A program made the translations under genes and the position numbers. 64,000 bases of DNA from Methyloprofundus sp. (GTDB lineage Bacteria > Pseudomonadota > Gammaproteobacteria > Methylococcales > Methylomonadaceae): contig AP023240.1 of assembly GCA_016592635.1 (NCBI GenBank), positions 1,899,630 to 1,963,629 of the forward strand, given 5' to 3'. Below are positions 8,812 to 18,375 of the stretch, piece by piece (the stretch's first letter is position 1; every line of letters starts with the position of its first letter). Under the pieces are notes generated by a model, which had not been told where the DNA came from, did not search any database, and was given only the letters and a program-made list of their open reading frames with translations.

Positions 8812-11800
8812 CTAATCTAAATTTTTATTTTGCAACTGCACTACCCCAAAATCCTCCAAAATTGTATACAAACAAGGAATAACAAATAATACCAAGAGCG
8901 TAGAGCTAATCATGCCAAAGACTATGCTGGTGGCCAATGGAATTAAGATTTGTGCTTGTGGACTTTGCTCGAATAATAAAGGCGTTAAACCAACAACAGT
9001 GGTTAGAGACGTTAACACTACTGCTCGGAAACGTTCACTACTAGCCTGTGCAGCTGCCTGATGTGGACTCATACCATCTTTGATATGTTTTTTGACAAAT
9101 TCAACTAATAAAATAGAGTCATTAACCACAATACCCGCCAAGGAAACAAAACCGAGTAAAGAGGGCATGGTAATATCTAGCCCCAATAACAAATGCCCAA
9201 AAATAACCCCTATAAATGCCAAAGGAATATTGGCCATTACTAAGATCGGTTCGGCATAAGATCGGAATTGTAGGCTGAGTAATACAAATACACCAAGTAA
9301 GCCCATTAACATACTTTTGCGCATGGAGTTACGGGTGAGCGGGCCTTCTTTTATTTCGCCTTCAAAATGCACGCTGATGTCAGGGTGGTTTTGTTTAAAT
9401 TCGGTTAAAAAACTGGCCTCTAAATCTTTAAAGATTGCTTGGGTGTTATTGACTGTGGCATCTATATCACCATAAATAGTGACTGCGCGTTGTGCATTGA
9501 TGCGCTGAATGCGTGAATAGTCACGGGTGCTAGTGATGTCGGCAACATTGACTAAGGGAATAATTGCGCCCGTTTGTGGGTGAATAATCGGAAAATAGTC
9601 AAAGTCAGCTAAGCTATTTTTAGAAGTATCATCTAGCTTGACAATGACTTCATAAGTTTCTAGGCCAATAGCTGTCTCTAGTACTTCAATACCTTGATAA
9701 GCAGCACGTAATTGACTGGCGATTTCCTGCGCAGTGATACCCAGTGCAAATGCACCTGATTTTAGTTTTACCGCAAATTCTGGTTTACCTGGGCGTAAGT
9801 CATCCATTAAGTTGCTAACACCAGGGTAGCCAGCGAGCCAGTTTTGTAATTGGTGTGATGCTTGCGAGAGCTGGTCTAAATCATCGCCTTGTAGGCGGAT
9901 ATAAATAGCGCGACCTGCCGGGCTAATAATAGGTTCTTTGATAGCAATATTTAAGGCTTCGGGCACATCGCCTAAATTCTGCCGCCATAGTGTGGCAATT
10001 TCATTGATAGATTGTTCGCGTTGTTCGGCGGTGAGTAAGTCGACACTCAGCGTTGCCAAATGTGCCCCTCCTTCAAAGGCATCAGCATTTATGCCGTAAT
10101 GCACGGTCATCCCTTGAATTAGTGGGGTGTGATGCTTTTCTTGATAGCTTTTATCGACAGCTTGAATACCGGCATTAATTTTGGCAATGGTTTGTTGGGT
10201 CTGTTGCAAAGAACTGCCTACAGGCATCAACAAGCGCGCTTGTAATAAATCACCTTCTACATTAGGAAAGGCAGAGAATTTTACTACCCCAGAAACCAAC
10301 AAGCTCACTGATAAGATAAATATACCAACGACCGAGCCCATAAATAAATAGCGCAAGTTAATTAGTTTTTTGACTAGATTATTGACTTTAATATGAAATT
10401 TATCAAAATAATAACTGAACTGTTGGCGTATTTTGGCAACGGGTTGCTCTGATGCATGGCTGAGTGAGTGCTGTAAGTGATGCGGCAAAATTAAAAAGGC
10501 TTCCACCAGCGAAATGGTGATGACGGAAATCAGCACGGCAGGAATGGTAAATAGTAATTGACCAATATCGCCATTTAGAAATAATAGGCCAGTAAACACA
10601 CATAGGGTTGTTATATAAGAAGATAATACCCCGTTTTTTACCGCCATGGTGCCATCAATTGCTGCTTGTGTCGGTGTTTTGCCAAGAGATATTTGCTTGC
10701 CTATACTTTCACTAATAACGATGGCATCATCCATGAGAATACCGAGAGCCAGTAGTAAGGCAACCATGGACAGCATATTAACACTGATGCCCCATTGCGC
10801 TAATAAAAAGGCACTGGCAAGGAATGATACTGGCAAGCCCATTACTACCCAAAAGGCATAGCGAGTACCAAAAAATAGCCACATAACTGCAAAGACCAGT
10901 AGTAAACCTTGCCACGCATTTTTAAGCAGCAAGGAAATTCTGTCATTGACGATACTAGTGAAATCTTGGGTTAAATTGAAATAAATTTGTTCAGGTAAAC
11001 GCTGTTGTTCTTGGCTAATAAATTGCTTCACGTGCTCTAAAATACGTAAACTATCATCTTGCGAATTTTTACGAATTTTTAAAAATGCAGTCGGCATATT
11101 ATTGTAAGTGGCATTATCTTCCGCCTTTTCAAAGGTATCCACTATGCTGGCAATATCCCTTAAGCGTACTTCATTGCCATGCTCTCCTTTGAGAATAACT
11201 AAATCTTGCAATTCAGCAGGCGAGCGACGTTCATCGTTGAAACGAATTTGGTAATCACGTTCTGCCGTTTGAATTTCACCCGCAGGTAAATCCAGATTTT
11301 GTTGGGCAACGATAGCAGCAACTGCCTGTAAACTCAGACCATATAAACGTAACTTGTCCTGCGAGAGCTGAATTTGAAATTGGCGTTTGGAAAAGCCTTC
11401 AATGCTGACCAGCGGAATACCTGGGGCGCGTAAAATACGTTCCTTGATTTGTTCAGCCAAGTCTTTTAGTTCTGTTTTCGGCAGGTCAGCACTCAAGGCA
11501 ATAGTGACCACATCTTGAGTACGTCCTAATTCGCGGATAATAGGCTCTTCACTATCCTCAGGAAAATTTTCAATTTCATCCACTGCGCTACGAATATCAT
11601 TATTAAATTGCACAAAGTTGCCGTGTTCTTGCATGGTAATAGTAGCCAGTGCCATCGATTGTCTGGCTTCACAACGCAGCTCTTCAATAAAGCTAGTGCC
11701 ATCAATATTATTTTCTATGGGCTTGCATAGTTTTTGTTCTATTTCACGCGGTGTGGCACCAGGGTATAAAATTTTGACTTCCATTTCATAATGGTCAATT

Positions 11801-11910
11801 TCAGGAAAGGTTTCTCTTTTTAAGTTAGGCAGGGTGATTAAGCCAAGGATAATAAGTAGTCCCATTAATAAATTGGCTGCGGTTGGGTGCAGAATAAAAT
11901 AGCGAATCAT
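8812..11910 (-). CDS. RND efflux transporter permease (AcrB/CzcA superfamily)
   Basis: About 1030 aa with 12-TM RND architecture and two large periplasmic loops. The likely start is MIRYFILHP at 11910, 1 nt after the stop of the upstream adaptor gene. The track ORF extends to 11937. Confidence 0.9.
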   Translation of the reverse strand: MIRYFILHPTAANLLMGLLIILGLITLPNLKRETFPEIDHYEMEVKILYPGATPREIEQKLCKPIENNIDGTSFIEELRCEARQSMALATITMQEHGNFVQFNNDIRSAVDEIENFPEDSEEPIIRELGRTQDVVTIALSADLPKTELKDLAEQIKERILRAPGIPLVSIEGFSKRQFQIQLSQDKLRLYGLSLQAVAAIVAQQNLDLPAGEIQTAERDYQIRFNDERRSPAELQDLVILKGEHGNEVRLRDIASIVDTFEKAEDNATYNNMPTAFLKIRKNSQDDSLRILEHVKQFISQEQQRLPEQIYFNLTQDFTSIVNDRISLLLKNAWQGLLLVFAVMWLFFGTRYAFWVVMGLPVSFLASAFLLAQWGISVNMLSMVALLLALGILMDDAIVISESIGKQISLGKTPTQAAIDGTMAVKNGVLSSYITTLCVFTGLLFLNGDIGQLLFTIPAVLISVITISLVEAFLILPHHLQHSLSHASEQPVAKIRQQFSYYFDKFHIKVNNLVKKLINLRYLFMGSVVGIFILSVSLLVSGVVKFSAFPNVEGDLLQARLLMPVGSSLQQTQQTIAKINAGIQAVDKSYQEKHHTPLIQGMTVHYGINADAFEGGAHLATLSVDLLTAEQREQSINEIATLWRQNLGDVPEALNIAIKEPIISPAGRAIYIRLQGDDLDQLSQASHQLQNWLAGYPGVSNLMDDLRPGKPEFAVKLKSGAFALGITAQEIASQLRAAYQGIEVLETAIGLETYEVIVKLDDTSKNSLADFDYFPIIHPQTGAIIPLVNVADITSTRDYSRIQRINAQRAVTIYGDIDATVNNTQAIFKDLEASFLTEFKQNHPDISVHFEGEIKEGPLTRNSMRKSMLMGLLGVFVLLSLQFRSYAEPILVMANIPLAFIGVIFGHLLLGLDITMPSLLGFVSLAGIVVNDSILLVEFVKKHIKDGMSPHQAAAQASSERFRAVVLTSLTTVVGLTPLLFEQSPQAQILIPLATSIVFGMISSTLLVLFVIPCLYTILEDFGVVQLQNKNLD

Positions 11911-11911
11911 G

Positions 11912-13279
11912 TTATTGCTCCTGTGCCCAAGCAGCAATATTGTTTGCTAAATCTTCATTTGCTACGGCTTTAAGTTGCATGCCGTTCACGGCGGGAAATA
12001 AGTCGGAGACAATAAGTTGCTCACCTGCAGCCAAGCCAGTGTCTAGTAATACCATTTCATCTTGTATTCGGAAATTAGTGACTGGACGACGTTCTAATTG
12101 CGATTGCGCATTGATGATATAAATTTCATTTTCATGTAAGGCATTGCGTGGCAGCACATAAAAAGTTTTAGATCGGCCTTGCAGTAACGTTTCGGTGTAC
12201 ATGCCTTGCATCAGTGGTGGCTTGACCCCTGGTACGATTTGTTCGTAAGGTTTATCAACGCTGACCACAATACCTAAAGTGCGAGTGGCAGGGTCAAGTT
12301 GGCCAATAATGCGTTCTACATTGGCTTGCCAATAAGGTGAACGTTTATCTGTTAAACGTACTTTAGCAGTCAGTCCTAGTTGTTTAAAAGTTTCGCTAGA
12401 AAATCCAGATAAAAAGGCTTCTTTAATCAGGGCTTCTTGGCCTTGGAAATCTTTCGCTAACAAACGAAAATGTTGTAAGGAAAATTGCGCATTAATTAAG
12501 ATTTTATCGGTTGTTTGCGCACTAAATAGTAAGGTGCCTTTAATCACATACTGGCCAGCATCAATAGCACGTTCAGATATACGCGCATTAAAAGGTAGTG
12601 TAATTTCCGTACGTCCTAGATTGCGCTGCTGTGTAGATACAATGGCTTCTGCATTTGCTAATGTTGCTTTGGCACTGGCAATCTGCTCAGGCAAGGTTTT
12701 TAATTGGTTGTGTAATTTTTGCACTTCTTGTTGCAATAGCAACACGTTAACTTGTTGTTGATCACGACTAGACTTAGATATGGATTGTTTTTTAACTAAA
12801 GACTGGATGCGATCCAGCTCAACTTTCGCTAATGTTAGCTTTTTTTGCACAATGTTAAGATCAGCATACAAGTTGTTTTTTTCTAGTTTAATTTGCCTAT
12901 ATTGCGCACGCTGACTGGCGACTGTTGCTTGTGCTTGTTGCAGAGCTAATTGATAATCTTCTACCTCAATACGAATAATGACTGTGCCTTTTGGCAGGAT
13001 GGAGCCATTACGTAATTGCGGGTGTACATAGGTAATTTTTCCTGAAATTTCTGCTTTGGATTCCAACAATATATCTGGTTCGACCAAGCCAAAGCCCATA
13101 ATACTTGGTTTAATTTGATAGGGTTTGAGTTCTATTGCCTGCACAGCTGTGACTAAGCCAGCACTGGATTCGTGTTGCATTTTAGGTTGCAGTTTGACGA
13201 TAATGGCGGCAATCACAATGCAAGCAATTATTATAATGGGAAAAAAGCGGGGTAAGGTAAGATCTTTGCAAAATGACAT
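11912..13279 (-). CDS. RND periplasmic adaptor (membrane fusion protein, HlyD family)
   Basis: 455 aa with a single N-terminal TM and long coiled-coil hairpin heptads (QQAQATVASQRAQYRQIKLEKN...). It is directly coupled to the RND gene. Confidence 0.85.
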   Translation of the reverse strand: MSFCKDLTLPRFFPIIIIACIVIAAIIVKLQPKMQHESSAGLVTAVQAIELKPYQIKPSIMGFGLVEPDILLESKAEISGKITYVHPQLRNGSILPKGTVIIRIEVEDYQLALQQAQATVASQRAQYRQIKLEKNNLYADLNIVQKKLTLAKVELDRIQSLVKKQSISKSSRDQQQVNVLLLQQEVQKLHNQLKTLPEQIASAKATLANAEAIVSTQQRNLGRTEITLPFNARISERAIDAGQYVIKGTLLFSAQTTDKILINAQFSLQHFRLLAKDFQGQEALIKEAFLSGFSSETFKQLGLTAKVRLTDKRSPYWQANVERIIGQLDPATRTLGIVVSVDKPYEQIVPGVKPPLMQGMYTETLLQGRSKTFYVLPRNALHENEIYIINAQSQLERRPVTNFRIQDEMVLLDTGLAAGEQLIVSDLFPAVNGMQLKAVANEDLANNIAAWAQEQ

Positions 13280-13323
13280 AGGCGTTTTTTTGGTGGGAAG
13301 TGGTGAGCAGCTTATCGTTCCTC

Positions 13324-13409
13324 ACGTTCCAGCGTGGGAATGCAGCATGTGACGTTCCTACGTCACGAAACGCGGGAGCGTTCTAAGATGAATTCCCACG
13401 CTGGAGCGT
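13324..13409. repeat. REP/BIME-like palindromic unit cluster
   Basis: ACGTTCCAGCGTGGGAAT (13324-13341) is the reverse complement, with 1 mismatch, of ATTCCCACGCTGGAGCGT (13392-13409). An inner hairpin GTGACGT-TCCT-ACGTCAC lies at 13349-13366. A third, inverted unit continues at 14814-14832 on the other side of the IS. Confidence 0.6.
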
Positions 13410-14813
13410 CACTGCCATTAAGTTAAGAGATATTTCTTTTAAAAACAATGCTTTTTCTGCCGCTTATGAAAATTCAGCAAGCGCCTCGCAGATGATTTTT
13501 TACGAGGCGGGTTGCGGTGCTTTCGTTCAATGGTGGGATTAGTTAAAAATAGTGCCGTCAGCTTTTCCTCTATGAAGTTGGTCTCAGTGTCTCCAAGCAA
13601 TAAATCGAACGCATGATTTTTGATGGCATTAAACGATACCGAGCGGTTAACGATCTGTGGGTATTTTGTTTCTTTGGCATCTAGTTGTTTCTGTGCAGCA
13701 TCCGTTAATATTGACTCAAGCCCCGTTAAATATACACTTGAATGAAAATCCTGCTTCACTGCCTCTGCCTGAGTTCCCGTAAAATTTTCCAGCCCTAACC
13801 GAGTTTTTAACAACCCATAAAAGGTTTCAATTCCCCAGCGCAAATAATATAGCTCAGCAAAATCAGCACTCGGATAGTACTTTTCATTATGTAAGGAAGT
13901 CACTAAAACTTCATTTTCACCAGTACTCAACTTAACCCGTACAAAGCGTACCTTAAGTGAAACAGGTAGGCCTAATTTACGAATAATGGACATTTGCTCA
14001 GCACAAGGCTTAAGTGTTGCCGTTTGGCTTTCTTTTCCTTCACCTTTTAGCATTTTTCTTGCTACTGCAAACGAGGCCGCCGAACAACGAATAACATAAT
14101 CTCTCCGAGATTGAGTCAATTCAGCCAGCATTCGATAAGATGGGTAGTTCCTGTCCATCGTCAACAAATCTTTTGCTTGTGTATGAGCTAAATGCTCAAC
14201 CGCCAAATCAATTTCATAAGCTCTCGCTCTGCCCAAACGTGCATCAATTGCCACTCGATTCAATACATCATAGAGCACCGAGGCGAGTGCATAGGGATGC
14301 TGCCCTATTATTTCACTATCCTTGCCATTTGAATAAGAAATCGTGCCAAATTCTTCTCGGACATCTTCTGTATTCGGCAAAACAACTTTTGAACCATCAA
14401 TTGCCAAGACCCGAAAACCCCAGAATTTATGATAGTCGCCATCACCACCATACACCGTTTCAACTATAGCGGTTTGGTTGAGTTCTATAAATGCAGTGTG
14501 CTTAAGCTTATAACGTGCTTGCGAATAAGCACTGGCCGTTACAGGTGGTAAATCTAGCCAGCTCATCGCTTCATTCACTACATTTTGCACTGATTTAACA
14601 CTTTTTCTCATCATTAAGACCATTAATAATGCAAACGGCAAACTACGATTTCGAGTAAAATCCTTTTCCGAAACTCAGTGACTTTTTGTAAATGCTTCAT
14701 TTTTAAGTTGAACTCGACTTTTATTTATTGCTTGACTTTTTTAACCATTATTATCATAAAATGCCTATATTATCCTTGTTTTTTAACAAATTTTCCTTAA
14801 CTTAATGGCAGTG
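13410..14813 (-). mobile_element. IS4-family insertion sequence (1404 bp)
   Basis: 18-bp perfect terminal inverted repeats: CACTGCCATTAAGTTAAG at 13410-13427 and its complement at 14796-14813. It is flanked by the 12-bp direct repeat ACGCTGGAGCGT (13398-13409 and 14814-14825). Confidence 0.9.
13439..14641 (-). CDS. IS4-family DDE transposase
   Basis: 400 aa. YYLRWGIETFYGLLK fits the Y-(2)-R-(3)-E-(6)-K signature, with candidate D residues in LAIDGS and LLTMDRN. An upstream ATG (MKHLQKVTEFRK) is out of frame, so the N-terminus may be frameshifted near a short A run. Confidence 0.85.
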   Translation of the reverse strand: MPFALLMVLMMRKSVKSVQNVVNEAMSWLDLPPVTASAYSQARYKLKHTAFIELNQTAIVETVYGGDGDYHKFWGFRVLAIDGSKVVLPNTEDVREEFGTISYSNGKDSEIIGQHPYALASVLYDVLNRVAIDARLGRARAYEIDLAVEHLAHTQAKDLLTMDRNYPSYRMLAELTQSRRDYVIRCSAASFAVARKMLKGEGKESQTATLKPCAEQMSIIRKLGLPVSLKVRFVRVKLSTGENEVLVTSLHNEKYYPSADFAELYYLRWGIETFYGLLKTRLGLENFTGTQAEAVKQDFHSSVYLTGLESILTDAAQKQLDAKETKYPQIVNRSVSFNAIKNHAFDLLLGDTETNFIEEKLTALFLTNPTIERKHRNPPRKKSSARRLLNFHKRQKKHCF

Positions 14814-14837
14814 ACGCTGGAGCGTGGGAACTATGAA

Positions 14838-15506
14838 TTATGCAAAAACTTTGTTAATAAAAACTGAAATATCAGCAATCTCTTCTAAGCACACTGAGTG
14901 CTGCATAGGGTACTCATGCCAGCTAATTTGATAATCCATAGCTTGTAACTGGCTAAATGCATCTTTGGCTATTTGTGGTGCAATAACAGGGTCTAAACTG
15001 CCATGGGCCATAAAAATTTCTGTGGCATCATTTTCGGGCGAACGTTCTGTTTTAAGTTGTTCGGTAGTTGGCATATAAGTCGATAAGGCCAGAATACCCG
15101 CTAATTTTTGTGGATAACGTAAACCTGCATGCAAAGCAATAACCCCACCTTGAGAAAACCCTGCCAACAAGATATTTTCAGCTTTAATGCCCTTCTCGAT
15201 TTCTTTTTGTATCAGTTGTTCGATTTGGGCAGCAGATGTATAGATATCATCTACTGCTACTTCTCGGGCTAAAGTTGCATCGAGTATGTCATACCAAGAG
15301 GGCATTTGCATGCCACCATTAATCGTGACCGCCTGTATTGGTGCATTAGGAAATATAAAGTTAATATGACTGATTTTATCAAGGCTTAATTCAGGCACTA
15401 TACCTTCAAAATCATGACCATCAGCACCCAAGCCATGTAACCAGATAACAGAATAAAGAGGGGTAGATGATGCAGGAATTTCAACACAGTTGAGTAACGA
15501 AGACAT
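14838..15506 (-). CDS. phospholipase/carboxylesterase family alpha/beta-hydrolase
   Basis: 222 aa with WLHGLGADGHDF and the nucleophile motif GFSQGG, typical of the PF02230 family. Confidence 0.85.
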   Translation of the reverse strand: MSSLLNCVEIPASSTPLYSVIWLHGLGADGHDFEGIVPELSLDKISHINFIFPNAPIQAVTINGGMQMPSWYDILDATLAREVAVDDIYTSAAQIEQLIQKEIEKGIKAENILLAGFSQGGVIALHAGLRYPQKLAGILALSTYMPTTEQLKTERSPENDATEIFMAHGSLDPVIAPQIAKDAFSQLQAMDYQISWHEYPMQHSVCLEEIADISVFINKVFA

Positions 15507-15858
15507 AGGTATTTATTTGAATAGTATATTAGATTTTTATTATATACTCTTTGGCTATAAAAGCGAGAGTTGCAAAAGTTGATTAACAGAACAAATAATA
15601 CAGCATACGGGCTTTAATGTTTGCATACTGGTAATAAACTTTAATTATCAGTATATATTTTCTTCTGCAAGACAAAAAAACTTGCATTGTGTGGGCTATA
15701 GGGGTAGTTTAAAAATTATCTAGGAGGTTCTCCTATGTCTTATTAACCATATAACAATTAATGTTTAAAGGTTGTAAGGTTAATTGCAATGGAGTATTGA
15801 ATCAAATTAATTGTATACCCCTAAAACCTCCTGAGGTATGTAATAGAGGAGAGATAAA

Positions 15859-17835
15859 ATGAGTACTTATAATGAACAACAAAACGCAGTTATAAATATT
15901 ATCTCGTTATTTAAAATATTGGCTATTTGTATGGGTATGTTGTTACCTGTGTATGCTTACGCTATTAATGCTCCTATTGGCTCTCAGGCTTTTACGCCGT
16001 ATGTCGCTCAAAGTGACCCATATGTCAGTTTGTTAGCCAGCAGTTCCAAGCCAATTGCTGTTGGGGATGCAGCGGATGAAAGTGGGGCATTACAATTGCA
16101 GATTCGTACTTCTAGTTTTAGTGAGGATATGGATGCATATTTTGGGCTAGTGGCACCACATTCAGCAGGCGATACTTTACTATTGTTTACTGAAAATGGT
16201 TCTATTCAGCCTGTAACTGCCGGTATTACGGCATGGAGGAGAAACTTTAGACAATTGGATGAACAATTATTGGGTGAATTGGCATTAGATATATTTCCTG
16301 GCGATGATTATCAATTTTTTCTGTTAGTGACCAAAGCTGGGGAAAGTCCTTTAAATGGTAATTTTTATTTGTGGTCCACCTCGTTGGTTTTGACACCAAT
16401 TTTTGAGCAAATTTCGCAAGAGTTTACTACCCTCTTTCCTGAGGGTGTCGATGGACTAATGGCTGTATTGCTAGCTATAGATAATGGCTATTCAGTACAG
16501 CAAGTTGTTAATGCTTTAATGACCAGTGATATTTCCGGAACAGGAGATATTACGGAAAACTTCAGTACCTTGTCCCCTGATTTTGATAAATTTGGAATGA
16601 TTATAGAGCGAAGTGGCAAACAACTTGTTAGATCAGGTGCGGATCAATTCTTAGATGAATTTGCTGAAGCTAGCTTGCGTAGTAAGCTTATTAAATTTGA
16701 AGAAGACCTTAGAGTCTTAGACGAAATAAATGCAAATAAACATCAGGCTAGTATAGCTATTTTGGAAACTATCCTGAAAGTAGCACAAATGGGAACAGAT
16801 AAAAATCTGACTAATGTCATTGATTATGATGTGCACATAAAAAAAATATTGAATGCTATTTTCCTACATTTAGCAGCTGTTAAAGAAGTGAATGATAAAA
16901 AAATTGTGCAACTATTTGATGGCGATCCTGAGGGTGAAGCTAGCAAGGTACTAGAACCCCTCCAATCAAGTCGTGGCGTAATTCGTAATCGAGCACCAGT
17001 GCCTCAAGAGCAGTCTCTATTTGCTTATTTAGAAACAAGAACCGATATTGTTCTGCAAGCAGAAGATCCTGATGGCGATCGTTTGGACTATGTAATAGTG
17101 AATGACCCTGCAAATGGCCGTTTATCCGGCAATGGGGCTTTTCTTACCTACACGCCAAATACGGGCTTTTCAGGGGATGATTCATTTACGTTTACTGTGT
17201 CGGATGGCTTGATCACAAGTGCGGAAGCGACTGTTGATATCGTCGTGAAAGGGGCTACCTTGGTTTTGGATAAGGTAATCTTGTCGAAATATAATGGTAA
17301 TCCTATTGACCAGTGTGCTGATTCTACGGACAATTCCACAGAAATTTGCATCTTAACTGAAGAGACAAACTCCGGTATAACAGTCACAAAAAGTAATACT
17401 TTGCAAGAGGGTGTAGCTGAATATAACTTTTCGGAACTCAGCTTGTATAACAACTTTATTTTATCCGACTATACTCTGACTTTTCACTTCGATTCACCGC
17501 CACAAACGATTACTGCAGGAGAAACATTGCAGTCATTGAAAATTGATGGTCAACAGAATGGATTTACGCATGGCTGGTATCTTACTCGAGGAGTTGCTTA
17601 TTTCTATAAAACGGGCGACTCAAACAGTTATTTTAAAGATACTGATCTGTATTTTGATAATAGATTAATGCCTTATAATGAAACAACACATGCTTTTGAA
17701 GGGGCTGCTACGGATTTTGAGTATACTGTGATGACTATTCCTGCCACAGCGGGGGACGGTTTCACGATTGGTGCCCAACTGGGTTGGGATCCGGCGCTAC
17801 GTCTTTATTGGGTGTATAAAGTCAAAACTGAATAA
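15859..17835 (+). CDS. secreted/anchored protein with one cadherin-like Ig domain
   Basis: 658 aa with an N-terminal hydrophobic segment. The central block EDPDGDRLDYVIVNDPANGRLSGNGAFLTYTPNTGFSGDDSFTFTVSDG is a bacterial cadherin/VCBS-like Ig repeat. The rest is unrecognised. Confidence 0.6.
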   Translation: MSTYNEQQNAVINIISLFKILAICMGMLLPVYAYAINAPIGSQAFTPYVAQSDPYVSLLASSSKPIAVGDAADESGALQLQIRTSSFSEDMDAYFGLVAPHSAGDTLLLFTENGSIQPVTAGITAWRRNFRQLDEQLLGELALDIFPGDDYQFFLLVTKAGESPLNGNFYLWSTSLVLTPIFEQISQEFTTLFPEGVDGLMAVLLAIDNGYSVQQVVNALMTSDISGTGDITENFSTLSPDFDKFGMIIERSGKQLVRSGADQFLDEFAEASLRSKLIKFEEDLRVLDEINANKHQASIAILETILKVAQMGTDKNLTNVIDYDVHIKKILNAIFLHLAAVKEVNDKKIVQLFDGDPEGEASKVLEPLQSSRGVIRNRAPVPQEQSLFAYLETRTDIVLQAEDPDGDRLDYVIVNDPANGRLSGNGAFLTYTPNTGFSGDDSFTFTVSDGLITSAEATVDIVVKGATLVLDKVILSKYNGNPIDQCADSTDNSTEICILTEETNSGITVTKSNTLQEGVAEYNFSELSLYNNFILSDYTLTFHFDSPPQTITAGETLQSLKIDGQQNGFTHGWYLTRGVAYFYKTGDSNSYFKDTDLYFDNRLMPYNETTHAFEGAATDFEYTVMTIPATAGDGFTIGAQLGWDPALRLYWVYKVKTE

Positions 17836-17854
17836 ACAGGGACACTATTTGTTG

Positions 17855-17911
17855 GCACCTAAGCGTACCCGGACTAATGTAATTCATTTGTATTAGACTA
17901 CGTTTAGGTGC
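17855..17911. terminator. hairpin between convergent genes
   Basis: GCACCTAAGCGTA (17855-17867) pairs with TACGTTTAGGTGC (17899-17911) with 1 mismatch. The loop is 31 nt and there is no clear U-tract. Confidence 0.3.
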
Positions 17912-17982
17912 TGCAAATAATGAGGAGTTGTGCATTACCTAATGATAATAAGTGGCCATACTCCGACTAACGCTCATACTTC

Positions 17983-18375
17983 TTATTTATCCCAACTACC
18001 CAAATCAGTATTCATGTCTTCACCGCCTTTTTTACCATCGGCACCATAGGAAAAAATATCCGTAGCACCATGCTCACCAGGACTTAAATATAGATACTCA
18101 TTACCCCACGGGTCAATCGGTAAACGATCTAAATATTTGGGTGATAATATTTCCAAACCTTCTTCAGTAGTCGGGTAATTGAATTTATCCAGTTTGTATA
18201 AATTAAGCGCCGATTCAATGGCACGAATATCTTGTTTAGCTTTGGTAAGACGCGCGGTATCAGGTCGATCCATAATTTGGGGCACGACGACTGCGGCTAA
18301 AATACCGAGGATGACCACAACGACCATAATTTCAATTAAGGTAAAGCCTGAGTGTTTTTTCTGTTTTATTAACAT
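17983..18375 (-). CDS. gspG: type II secretion major pseudopilin GspG
   Basis: 130 aa with a prepilin leader and cleavage motif [27 protein letters not shown]. It contains the conserved GspG core DPWGNEY. Confidence 0.9.
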   Translation of the reverse strand: MLIKQKKHSGFTLIEIMVVVVILGILAAVVVPQIMDRPDTARLTKAKQDIRAIESALNLYKLDKFNYPTTEEGLEILSPKYLDRLPIDPWGNEYLYLSPGEHGATDIFSYGADGKKGGEDMNTDLGSWDK

